DNA of 64,000 nt from Geosiphon pyriformis uo1 (GCA_016748015.1 JAAOMT010000302.1:372001-436000), one strand, 5' to 3'. Numbered from the stretch's first letter, positions 14,370 to 26,642 are shown. The notes: a model not told the origin generated them from the letters alone. Numbers and translations are program-made.

Positions 14370-16463
14370 TTTTTATTATTTTGACAAGAAAATTGTTTAC
14401 AAGTCTAACTTTTAACTTAAAAAAATGTTGTAAAAAATTAGCTAAAGTCTAGTTTAGAGTCTGCAAATCTAAAAAATAATAATTAAAAAAACAGCTGAAA
14501 ACTTTTTTTGTATTCACAAATATGACAATTGAAGCCATTAAATTTTTAACTTGCAATTATTCAAAAGATTTTAAATTATATAGCAGCAAATAATACAAGA
14601 CTTCATTAAAAAAGTTTTTAAGAAACTTAACTTTTTGTCTTGAATTTTTTTTAATTAAAATATTCTATTTGTAATAAACATTAGTTAAAACAAAACTAAA
14701 CTATGTATAATAACTGATTATAAACTGCAAAACAGCATAAATTAGGTAATAAAACTACTTATTCGAAATTGTTTTCTTCAAAATCACATTTGCAAAAAAT
14801 TTAATATTTGAATAAGTTTTGGCCAGACTAGACTTAAAAAAACTCTCAATAAAGAAAAAAATTCTTAAGTAATAATACAATTTGCTCTTTTTTGCTATTA
14901 ATATAAAATATTTATTAATACTTAGTAAAACATTTTTCATCTTATGGTTAATAAAAATAACTATTGTCTTATTATTATTAATCAAAATATTGTTACAAAT
15001 TAAAGTAACAAACTAATAGATAACAAAAAAAAACAGAATTGTAAGTAATAAAAATAATTAAAGAAAATTTAATTTCAAAGAATAAATTGAATAAATATGG
15101 ATTCAATATACAAGATCAGTCTTATAAAATATTTTAGTTGCTATTTTTTTAAAAGATAACCAGAAAATCTAAAAGTAAAAGAATAGTTCATACTGTTAAC
15201 AAATAATAACATATTAGTATAATTCTATGCCTTATATTAGCACTCTTAAAATTTGATATTAGGTATTAGATGTACTTTTCAGTCATATTTTATTCAATAA
15301 TTTTCAAATGCTACAATTATAAAAATCAAGAAAAGTGTAGGTAAATGTTAATAAGTAATCTTTTATTTTAAGATTTTCAGATATTTGAAAGTAAGAAAAG
15401 AGAAATTAGAAAAATTAAGATAAAATTATTATTTTATTTCTTTGCTTTTATTGATTTGTATATGTTTTTCTATAGCTAAAAGATTTATTGTTTATATAAC
15501 TATTAAATATAATCAATAATTAAGTTAATAACTAGGTTAATAATCAGGTTAATAATTAAGTTAATAATTAGGTCAATGATCAAATCATTAATCAGGTCAA
15601 TGATTACTATCTAAAAATAGAGTGGCTAATTATATAATATTAGTAGCTAATATATGTAATAATTAATAAAATATATAAGTTTTAATTGTAATAATATCAT
15701 TGATTTCAAAAAATTTATTGGCAATATTTAAAATATATTAAGTTAAAACTTGGCTGCTTTCTATTTAAATAGTCTTCTTAATAAATGTTTCAACTGCAAA
15801 AAACAAAGTTTTTTCTCTTATCTTTTCTATTTTATTAGTTTTGGCTACAAATTTTGTATCAATTTGGTAATTACACAATTGTTTATGTTTTTTAACTTTA
15901 CATAATAGCAGATAATAAAAAATTTTTCAGAGAAAAAATGAAAAAATTTTGCTTTGGTCTAATCTATTATGTACACAATAACTTTTTAAAAAATTAAAAT
16001 CAGTCATAATTCTGTTGATTTTATTTTAATATATGTTGTTAAAAAAACTAATAAAACATTTACATATCTTAATATATCTTAAACTGTTTTTTAAATAATA
16101 TCAGTTAACCAAATTATATGTTTTATGTATGTTTTGTAAAATTAACCATAATTTTCTATTTTTTTTCAAAGTATTTTTGACAATTAAGCCAATTGTAAAT
16201 ACCAAAAACCAAAAACCAAATTAATATACTCTTTAGCACTGAAAAATTATTTCTATGAAAAACTTCAGATTTGTTGTACACAAAAAAAATCTGGTTTAAA
16301 AAAATCTTTAACAGAATTTTTTTGGCTGTTTTTATTAATGCTATTAGTCTAATATTGGTTAATATACTATTCTATTTGTAAGACTTTGGAATCATAGAAA
16401 TCCACATTTTTTTTTTAAAATAGAAACTGTATCAATATTTAAATAACAATTTAATAAAACCAG
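14370..16463 (-). mobile_element. LINE ORF2 (RT region) fragment
   Basis: Colinear with ~28745-30125 of the minus-strand LINE; ORF 14755-14985 (SSLAKTYSNIKFFANVILKKTISNK) matches PSLAKTHSDVHFFANIMLRKTITDK. Confidence 0.88.
14991..15693 (-). mobile_element. Solo LTR (family C) inserted in LINE fragment
   Basis: TGTTACA...TGTAATA termini, perfect ATAT TSD, inverted homologue at 47386-48087, internal 12-bp tandem array and TATA box. Confidence 0.9.
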
Positions 16464-17315
16464 TATTATTTATAGAATATAAAAACTGTATATTAATATA
16501 CAAATTAGCCAATTAGAATAAAACATAGTAGAAATAAAATTCCAGAATTTTTTTTAAAGGAATTGCAGAATTGCAAAATTACAGAATTCCAATATAAGAA
16601 ATTGCAGGATTCCAGAATTCCAATATAAAGAATTACAGAATTTCTGGAATTACAAGATTTTTGGCTAGAAAATTAAGGAATTTAAGAAATATTATATAAC
16701 AAAATTTATGTATATATAGCAGTAGTATTAAAAGGAAAAAAAAATTCTTAGTTTAGAACCACAAAGTTTCAACATTTCATATCAATAAAAAACTTATTTT
16801 AATCATAATCTATTGTCTACTATTAACATTTCATGTTGATAGCAATTAATACTTAAACATATTGGACCAATAACTCTTGATTACAGCTATTGATGGGATA
16901 CTAACTTTTCTTGCTTTGGCTTTTATCTTTATCTTTTTTTCTTTGCATTTCTTTTGTTTGTATTGTTTATTATTGACTAATTGATTAAAGAGTAATATGT
17001 GGAGTTATCAACATCAAAGTGATTGATAAAAGATCCAAGAATAAAGGTAGAATACTCAAAAATTGAGGATAGCTTACCAGAAGAATTACTAGCCATTATG
17101 CTAAGAAAAAAATTTGATGGAATTGCAATTTTAAGAAGTAACAAATAAAACAATACTTGAATCTCGATTTATTATACAAAGAACTTAACCAAAATCTTCA
17201 GATATGAAAACCTTCAGATATGAAAACTTTTAGATACCACCAACTATATTACTTATTAAGCATCAAGTTATGAGTTTGTTATTTGATTTGAGACCAAATA
17301 TACTCACCTATAACA
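16464..17315 (+). repeat. 5' LTR of element 3
   Basis: Direct repeat of 25205-26006; TATATATAG box ~16711. Confidence 0.92.
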
Positions 17316-17317
17316 TT

Positions 17318-17335
17318 TGGTGCTTTCTGTGAGGT
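17318..17335 (+). promoter_or_regulatory. Primer-binding site (TGGTGCTTTCTGTGAGGT)
   Basis: TGG 2 nt after the LTR end; decayed equivalents in elements 1 and 2. Confidence 0.8.
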
Positions 17336-17366
17336 ATAATTCAGCAAAAAACTATTATTTGAAACA

Positions 17367-19400
17367 GTGGCAGAATCAAAAAAAATAGGAACAAACTATT
17401 TGAGATTTGCAAAATTTTTATTTCAACAATACCAAAATCATTTTGGATTAACAAATAATAGTTGGCCAATAGAATCAGCTTTCAATTGTTACATTAACAA
17501 ACAAATTGTATACTATTTAGAAGGTTAAGAAAATCTAAAATTTGCTTTCAACAATTTCTTTAGTGAACTACTTCAACACACCACACTATTACAAAATTAC
17601 CTATTTGCACCACAAATTACAGAAATAAACAAGGAAATTGAAAAATATACCAAACAAAGATTTTCTATTACCTTTACAGACAAAAAAAAGAGAGATTGCA
17701 AACACCAGCAGAAACACTAAAACAAATACAATTATTTACTTAAAAGAAACCAAGAATCAATTTATCTATACACTTTTCTTACCATCACACATCTAAAAAT
17801 ACTATTAACATAACATCAGCAGAAACATTTACTGCAAACACAAAACCACTATTATCCAGAGTTTTATTTTAAAGTAACAAAAAAAAGCTAAACTATTGGA
17901 AATCTACAGTAATTATTTTAAAAGATTTAATTCATAATTAACTATACTATTAAAATGTTAATCACCACCATTGCAACCAGATTTTGGACTCACTAGTCCT
18001 TGAAAAATAACCAATTTTGAAAAAGAAGAAGATAACAATTAAAGAATTGATAACCAAAACCTGGAAATTCAAACTCCATGTGTTTAAACCCAGCAAAACC
18101 AGAACAATCCAAACTCTGCTTGTATTATTTTTTAAAACTTATCTCTAGTAATCATAATCAATTTACCACCAGTTGTCCCAATTATTAAACAACAATAACA
18201 GCTGCAGCCACCACCTTAGCAACAACTTCAACAGCCACTATAATTACTTTAACAATAACCACAAATTGTGCCAATAACATATGTACCAATTGCCAAATTA
18301 AAAAAGTTTACTAACAAAAAGAATGATGCCCAAGCTTGACTAAATAATGTTACCAAAGTGATTATGACTAATAATTAAAATAATGCTAAAGCTTTTCAGG
18401 CAATTTCATATTTCTTACAAAATACAGCTGACTTGTGGTACCAAAGCTTAGCACAAAAACCCCAAAATTTCAATAATTTCAAAGTTGAATTTTAGAGATA
18501 TTTTAGTAATAACAACAGCATCAACCAATTGGCAAATACCTTTACCACCATCAAATAAGGAGAAACTGAAGCTATTACTACATATTTGGGATGTTTTTAT
18601 CATAATCTGCACTAAATTCAAGCCATTAATGCTGATTATTTCACTGTGGTGCAAATCTTAAATCAGTTTATTCATGGATTATGCAGTAGTATTCTATAAT
18701 ATTACATCCAATAATACTACAAGCAGCAATCACCCATACCAGAGACTTTAAATCAGCTGAACTTGAAGCCAATCACACTCAAGCTGTTAATCTAGTAATA
18801 AACAGATCATTTGAATTGAATTCTAAGTTAAAACAATTCAGTAATTCTATTAATCAAAAATTAGAGAGATACTTAACTAATAATTAAGCCATTTATTAAC
18901 TTCCGCAATAATACAATAATCAAGAAAACTTAAATTATTTCTAAAATCAATTGCATTTTTCATTATCAACTAATCAATAGTGACAGCCAGAAATACATAC
19001 CTGTTATAATTATGGTAAACAAAATCACATTAGAATTGACTGCTATTTTAATAGTAATCTATGATCAGGAAGTCAATATAAAAATTCTGATTGTCTATAC
19101 ACAACTCTGAATTATCAACCAAATCAGAATTACTATCAATCCCATTACTCATCCATGATGCAACAAATATACTTATCTTTAGTATATTAAACTCTAGCAC
19201 CTGTAATATATTAGCTACAGTCACAAATAATCTATTAACCCCAATCTATTTTAACACAGCCACAAAACCCAGTTCAGATGTCATCTGGAAACCAAAGGCC
19301 GAGAATTACACATATACATCAAAACTGGAGATTGGTAATGGTAATGCACCAACTAATTTTCAGTTTATTAAGTCAATCATTAGGATCTTGTCAATGGAGT
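17367..19400 (+). pseudogene. gag (long N-terminal extension, capsid domain, decayed CCHC knuckle)
   Basis: Capsid-like PIAKLKKFT...LQNTADLWYQSL...NQFIHGL at ~18280-18690; CYNYGKQNHIRIDC at ~19000-19043; multiple stops. Confidence 0.8.
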
Positions 19401-19639
19401 TTGGAAACTGAATACAACCAAAATCCAAATTTTCAGAACTATTTAAGTCTTCTGGTTACCTCAGAAGACACCAAACTTAGCAAACAGGAACCCAATCAAA
19501 CCCAACTATGCACCAACAACATATTTCTAACAATTATTACTAAAAATAAATCACTTATCACTATTTTTTTTTTTGAACTAAAAGAATCAGTTGAAATGCT
19601 GTTATTTAGTAGAACTACTCTGAATTTAAAACCCATCAC

Positions 19640-19810
19640 TACAATATATACAGATGCCAAAGTTGATAGTCAGTTCATCAAACTAATCCTAAACAGTAGA
19701 TTAGCTAGCAGTATTATCACATAACAATTTATAAACCAATTAGGTTGCTGAGTTAATTGTGCTGCCAATGCCAGAATCATTACTAGCAATCTGTAAACAC
19801 TTCAAAAATC
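19640..19810 (+). pseudogene. Aspartic protease, internally deleted
   Basis: VDSQFIKLILNSRLASSIIT is a decayed LILDSG motif; ~200 bp present in element 1 (~6740-6945) is missing here. Confidence 0.75.
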
Positions 19811-20869
19811 CTATACCAGCACCATTAATAGAATTTAAGGAAGAAAAAAAAAACTTATTTGGGAAGCCTACCAGATCTTATGAGCTAATACTGACTACAA
19901 CAAATTACCACTGATACTCTCTTAAAAAAGGGAAAAAAGAAAATAAGTCATAAAAAAACACCACTACTAGTGAAACTACCAGTAACTAAAAAAAATTATA
20001 CTCAATTGACACCAGACTAGAACCTCCTTATATTCCACTCAAATGTAAAGATTACAAGAAAAAGCTCTCTTCTATAAGAGCTTAGATTGCACCTAACAAA
20101 TATTACTGAACCAAAACCTATTATTACTGTAAGCTGTGCCATAGAAAATGCTATGGCTATTCAAAATAACAGAGCAAGTAGAACAATGAACTATGTCTTG
20201 CTTGTAAAGAAACACTACTTGACAAGAAAATATGAAATAACATTCCTAGATAAAGAGAAATATACAATATGTCATGCAAATATATAATTCTTATAAGCAA
20301 CTGGATAAGTCATGGGACACTTATCAGTACAGTCTGACATTAAAAAATATCATACTTGAATGGTTATCTACATGACAAAGATGAAATTTGGCAAATAGCA
20401 AATGTCAAAGTAGAAGATATTTTGCTTAGTAAAATCTTGAAAATAAAATATAATCTACCAGAACCAATTAACATTATTGTTTTCAATTCAAACATATTTC
20501 TCAAAATTGAAACAGACCTAGAGAAATTCTATGAACATTACCAAAACCTGGCACCTACTAAAGAAAAGCAAGAGCAATATTTGGAACAACTAAATACAAG
20601 GCCATATAGACATTGTCTACAATCTACCTTTACACTTAATCTATATGATCTCAGAAGAAAAAGAACCAATCAGCAAATGTGCTGTAAAATCGGAATTGAA
20701 ATTCAATCCTAATTCAAACTCTGACAATGATAATAATAATCATGACTTCAGCTCTATTCAATATAGCAATAATAACAGCAAAAATTCAAACTCAGAACAA
20801 TACATTACACTCTCTGATCTTTCAAAAAAGCAAGAACTTAAATAGTTTAGCAATAATAATAAAAATATT

Positions 20870-21265
20870 ATGCCAAAACATGTACATAATACTGATGTAG
20901 AATTTGATCTTAGATATTCCAGAAAAAATGCTATTAAATTGAAACCACATTTATGCACCTGTATTGATCTAAAAATATCACTGAAAATTCCAGTGATCAC
21001 ATTGATTCAACTAGCATCTAGAAGTAGTTTAGCAAAGAAAGAAATCAACATCAGAGGAAGAATAATTAATACAGGATATGTAGAAAATATTATTGCAATA
21101 CTACAAAATAATTCGAAAAAAGAATATATTATTAAACCAAATAAAAAGATAGCACAGACAATATTCTTACCTTTGGTAAAAGTAGCTCAGTTAATGTTAG
21201 TGGAAACAAGAAAAAAATTAGGAATTACAGCCAGAGAAAAAAATAGATTCGGATCCACAAGTAGA
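20870..21265 (+). pseudogene. Retrotransposon-encoded trimeric dUTPase domain
   Basis: All five dUTPase motifs in order: DVEFDL, SRSSLAKK, GRIINTGYVENI, KIAQTIF, REKNRFGSTS. Confidence 0.92.
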
Positions 21266-21819
21266 ATAGATATACCAGTTAATATGGCAGAGGAAAAAAT
21301 TGTTGACAAAAGAAATTATTTCCACCTATCAATCAATTTCTATTCCACTATATGACCAGTATTTAGTAATTATTAAGAGAAAAGTGAGAAATCAAACCCA
21401 AATTTTTAAAGCAAAAGCCACTATTTGTGAATCAGAAAAGATTGTTATTACTAATCTCTATATACTGGCTAAAAGCCACAAGCACATCAAAATCCTTGTC
21501 TACAATACAACTAGAGATTTTATCGAAATACTAAAAGAAACCACTATTGGATACTTAAGCACTAAAGTTGAAAACCAACCACCAAGCATTATTCCAGACT
21601 TTTTACAACTATGTGAATATGTGGATATCATATTACAAGCAATATATGGATGAGAAGAATGTTATTTGCTCCAATCAGAACAATTGGAACAAATAAACTT
21701 GGGAAATCTAAACTCACTCTAACAAATACAACTCAAGATATTGCTTAACAATTTCACTAATATCTTTGCCAGTGAAAATGAATTTGGCAGAACTGATATT
21801 ATTTAGCACTAGATTAAAA

Positions 21820-23070
21820 CTGAAAATACAATGCCAATTAAACAAAGAGCATACAAAGTATTACTAACAAGCCATGAAATTATCTAACAGAAAATCAACC
21901 AGATGTTAGACAATGGGTTAATTCAATTATCAATGAGTCTATGATTATTACCAGTGGTACTAATTTGTAAGAAGAATGAAAAAATATACTTTTGTGTAAA
22001 TTATAGAAAATTCAATAGTATTACTCATGAAGACAGCTATCTAATTTCACAGATCCAGAAATTATTTAACACTTTTGGGGAAAAAAAATAATTTTCAACA
22101 TTAGATTTAAACAGTAATTACTGACAAGTAGCTATAAAACCAGAAGACAAAGAGAAAACTGCATTCACCACAAGAGAAGAGAATTTCGAATTTGAAGTGA
22201 TGTTATTTGATTTAACTAATACACCAGCCATCTTTCAATGGCTCATGGAAATCATTTATATAGGACTATTATGGAAATCAATAATCGTATATCTGGATGA
22301 CACCAATGTGTTCTCAAAAACATTCAATAATTATCTTCATTATTTACAGCAGGTGTTTGAAAGATTAAAAAAAGCTGGATTAAAACTGAATGCAACCAAA
22401 TGCTTTTTTGGCAAAACAGAACTGAAATTTTTAAAACATGTTATAAACAAAAATGACATTAAAATAGACCCAAATAAGATTAAAATAGTAAAAAACTTTT
22501 TAGTACCAACAAACTTGATGAAACTACAAGCATTCTTGGAATTCACTGGATATTACCACTGCTTTATCCAGAACTTCTTTAAACTGGCTCAACCACTTCA
22601 CCAACTCCAAACTAAAAATGTAAAATATGAATGGACTAAAGCTCAACAAGAAGCTTTTAACATTCTAAGAAGAAAGCTTATTTAAGCATTAATACTAATC
22701 TATTTAGATTACAGCAAACCATTTATTATTACCACTGATGCATCTGGTCAAGCATTGGAAGCCATACTATTTCAGAGAAGATTGAATGGACAAGAACATC
22801 CAATAGCATATATTAGCCAAAGCTTGAATCCAGTAGAAAAAAACTATAGAACACTAGCACTAAAACACTTAGCTATCTATTGGGCAGTCATCAAATGAAA
22901 AGAGTATTTAACCCAAAAGTTTGAAATATACACTGATCACAATGTATTGACATCAATCCAGAAGCAAGAATTTGGAGATAACTGCTATGTCAAATAGAAA
23001 ATAGAATTTTTACCATTTAAATATACTGTATATTATAAAAAAAAAAAAAAACAGAAATGTTGACAATTTG
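21820..23070 (+). pseudogene. Gypsy reverse transcriptase + RNase H
   Basis: PIKQRAY, FCVNYRK, KTAFTT, NTPAIFQ, YLDDTNVFS, FLEFTGYY, TDASG, HPIAY, YTDHNVL. Confidence 0.95.
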
Positions 23071-23119
23071 TTATAAATAAAACAAAACTAAAAACATTTC
23101 AACCCAAAAATATAACAAA

Positions 23120-24380
23120 AAATGAATACACAAAAATATCAACAACTCTAATACTATATTAATATCCAACAGTTCAAGGAGAAATTATCTCAAAAGAAAT
23201 GAAACAACATAAAACAACAATCAAAATACTTTGTTATGTACTAAAATATACTATATTAGAAAAACAGAAAAGATTCAAATTAATCACTTAAAGTAATTAC
23301 AGAACCAGAGAAAGAAACAATACTATACAACATGTACTCAGATCTGATAGCAGAATATTTTCATAAAGAAGCAACTATGAAAAGAACCAGAAAAAAATAT
23401 TATTGGTCATTAATGTATCCAAACATTATTTAATATATTCAAAATTGTGATGCTTGTCAAAAAAAAGAGGAACAAGATCCAATAAATCACTAAGACTAAT
23501 CAGAATGGAACAACCATTTGATAGAATTGAAATTGACTTAGTAAAACCATTAACAATAACCAGCAGAGGCAATTATTATATAGCAGTTGTCATAGATTAT
23601 TTCACAAAATAGCCAGAAGTAAAAGCAATTCAAAGAGCAGATGCAAAATTCATAGCCAAATTTGTTTATCAAAATTTGATTTGCCAACATGGATGTCCCA
23701 AAGAGTTGTTATCAGACCAAAAAACCCACTTTGTAAACAGAATATTGGCAGAATTAAGTCAAAGATTTAGAATTAAGAGACTATTATTATCACTATATCA
23801 TCCACAAAAAAATGGTTTAGTTGAAAGGTTTAACAGAACATTGTGTAAAGCAATCACCAAATCAGTCAAGAAAACCAGAATAAATGGAATTTGTTTATAT
23901 CATTAGTATTATTTGTTTATCAGACAATGAAGCAAGATACCATACAAGCAACACTATTTAAACTTGTTTATAATAGAACAGCAACACTACTAGTCAAGAT
24001 AGAAGTTAATATGTATCTAACTAAACCAATAACAGAAGCCAATTTCCAAAGAATATTATTAAGAAGAAAATACAAATTAATAGAAACATTGGAGAACAAA
24101 AGACAAAGAGCAGCTAATAACATTCAAAAATCACAAAAAAAACAGAAAAAATAACATAATAACCAATTACCAAATAAACCAGCTAAATTCAAGATTGAAG
24201 ACAAAGTACTTTTACATTATACTAAAGTAGAAAAACAATGGAGTAGAAAATTTGATTCCAAATAGGACAAACCATTTTACATAGAAAAAATTCTAGGAAA
24301 TAGAACTTATAAATTAAGATAGAATACCAAAATTTTAGCTAAAACAGTACATAAAAATTGATTGAAACTATATTATCATA
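23120..24380 (+). pseudogene. Integrase (Zn-finger remnant, DDE core, GPF-like module)
   Basis: CDACQ, IDLVKP, LSDQKTHF, YHPQKNGLVERFNRTL, DKPFYI. Confidence 0.93.
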
Positions 24381-24526
24381 CAATATCATCATTTACTAGT
24401 AATATTTCACAACTGGAAGTACAATAAATATTAGTCTAACCAAATAAAATTCTACAAAATCTAAAACCAATCATAGTTATCAATACAAACACATTAAATT
24501 AATTAAACAGAATAGTATATAAAAAC

Positions 24527-25190
24527 ATGATAGACACATCCAAAAGCAACAATAAAAAATAGAAATTACTGACAACATTTATTCACTTATACAACAACTA
24601 TTCTAATTAATTCAATAAACAAATCTGGAAATCACATTTAGCCAACAAATTATTTGGTACAGAGATAATAAAAAAAAAACCAAATACCAAGTAAACAAAA
24701 AATTGGAAAACACTATAAACAAGATAATAGCAAAAGTAAAGTTATTAATAAAAACATCAGAAACAGTTATACTATATCAAGAAGTAATCAAAAAAACTTG
24801 AAATTGGTGGCTACAACAATTTCCAAAAAACTTTTGTTATTATTACTTGAGACAAACCATAAATATTCAGAACTTATACACCAATAAAACAAAATAGTTA
24901 TTCGATACAACAATATTACAACAACTAAAACAAATTGTGGGAAAGAACAATCTGTTCACACAAGCATGAGCCATGTATCAACTACACACAAGATTTCAAG
25001 AGTAACCAGCAATATTATTTAATTCCATAATAAATACAATTACTATCAACCAATTGGATAAAATAACTAATGTCCAATTTGAAAAATTACAGATCAAAAT
25101 AACTCAAGTAATTCTCAAAAAAAAAGTTTAGGAGTTAATCAAAGAAGAAGAATTAGGAAATATAGGAGATCTTAATAAAGCTCAATATTA
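24527..25190 (+). pseudogene. Extra ORF (ORF3) of unknown function between integrase and 3' LTR
   Basis: ATG at 24527, coding-like remnants (LFDTTILQQLKQIVGKNNLF, INQLDKITNVQFEKLQIKITQV), homologue in element 1 at ~730-1300(-). Confidence 0.55.
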
Positions 25191-25204
25191 AAAAGAGAAG
25201 ATAA

Positions 25205-26006
25205 TATTACTCATAAAATATAAGAACTATATATTAATATACAAATTAACCAATCAAAATAAAATACAGTAAAAGTGAAATTTCAGAATTTCTCTTAGAG
25301 AAATTGCAAGATTCTAAAATTACAGAATTCCAGTATAAGGAATTGTAAGATTCTAGGAATTCTTAGATTCTTGGCTAAAAAATTGAGGAATTTAAGGAAT
25401 TTCATATAACAAAATTTATGTATATATAGCAGTAGCATTAGAAGGAAAAAAAATTCTTAGTTTAGAACCACAAAGTTTCAACATCCTATATCAATAAAGA
25501 CTTATTTCAATCATAATTTATTGCCTACTATCAACATAAAGTGTTGATAGCAATTAATACTTAAATACACTGGACCAATAGCTCTTAATCATGATTATTG
25601 ATGAAATACTAACTTTTTTTGTTTTGGCTCTTATTTTTATCTTTTTTTTTTGTATTTTTTTTGTTTGTGTTGTTTATTATTAACTAATTGATTAAAGAGT
25701 AACATACAAAATTATTAACATCAAAGTAACTGGTAAAAGACCCAAAAATAAGAATAGAACACTTAAAAATTGAGAATAGCTTACCAAAAGAATTACCAGC
25801 CATCACACTCAGAAAGAAATTTGATGGAATTGTAATTCTGAAAAGCAACAGATAAAACAATACTTAAATTTCTGTTTATTATATAAAAGACTCAACCAAA
25901 ACCTTCAGATATAAAAACTTTTAAATACCACCAATCATATCACTTATTAAGCACCAAGTTATGGATTTATTATTTGATTTGAGACTTCAAATAATCACTT
26001 GTAACA
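25205..26006 (+). repeat. 3' LTR of element 3
   Basis: Preceded by PPT; ends TGTAACA. Confidence 0.92.
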
Positions 26007-26598
26007 TCAAAAAAAGATTTTAGCTGAGGTCTTTATGTATTAAATTGCTTTGGTGAGTGTTTGTAATTTGTTTTCTTTTGCTGTTTTACAAATGCTTTCT
26101 TATTATTTATCAAATGCTGGTACTTATACAATTATGTGCAAAAATTTGTGCTAAAGAATTAGTGTGCAGAGACTGTTAGGATTTTTGATGATAAAAAAGA
26201 GGCCATCTTTACTATTGTTGATTTTGTGAGATATTTGGTGAAGTTGTATCATTTTAGGATCTGGCTGATAAGATCTAAGTTTAGGGTTAAGATAGAAAAG
26301 GTTGGGTTGGTTAAAGATGTCAATATGGTATTAGACTTGTTATATGGATTGGTGTTAATGCTGTCAAATAGAGTGGTCAAGATGCTTGATATTATTGAGT
26401 CTTTTGCTGTTAGTTTTGGCCATCATAAGCCATGTCTTTTTTTTTCTGGTTTAGATTGTAATGTAAGTATTAGTATAAGTGTATAGTATTGCTTTGTTTG
26501 GCCTAAGTGGCTAGTTACATATAGTAAGTATGTAAATTGTGTCTAGTTTAAACCACTTAATTTGGTTTTATATACTAGATAGCAATTAGATTTCACTC

Positions 26599-26642
<44 letters not shown>
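26007..26642 (+). mobile_element. LINE 3' end with (TAA)n tail
   Basis: ORF 26226-26486 matches the ORF2 C-terminus of the other copies; 3' UTR homologous to rc 26955-27070; (TAA)n at ~26599-26642. Confidence 0.9.

Larger units (their letters stand above)
16464..26006 (+). mobile_element. Full-length degenerate Ty3/Gypsy LTR retrotransposon (family A), element 3: gag-PR-dUTPase-RT-RH-IN-ORF3
   Basis: LTRs 16464-17315 and 25205-26006 (ends TATAACA/TGTAACA), PBS 17318, purine tract AAAAGAGAAGATAA before 3' LTR, RT-RH-IN domain order. Confidence 0.95.

Noticed and set aside
15515-15607. CRISPR-like array
   Set aside because: Head-to-tail 12-mers with no spacers, inside a eukaryotic LTR; no cas genes.
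20870-21355. Host DUT1 or horizontally transferred stand-alone dUTPase
   Set aside because: Embedded in pol between LTRs and repeated in a second element.
24527-25190. env gene or chromodomain
   Set aside because: No signal peptide, TM segment, furin site or aromatic-cage motif is visible; left as unknown ORF.
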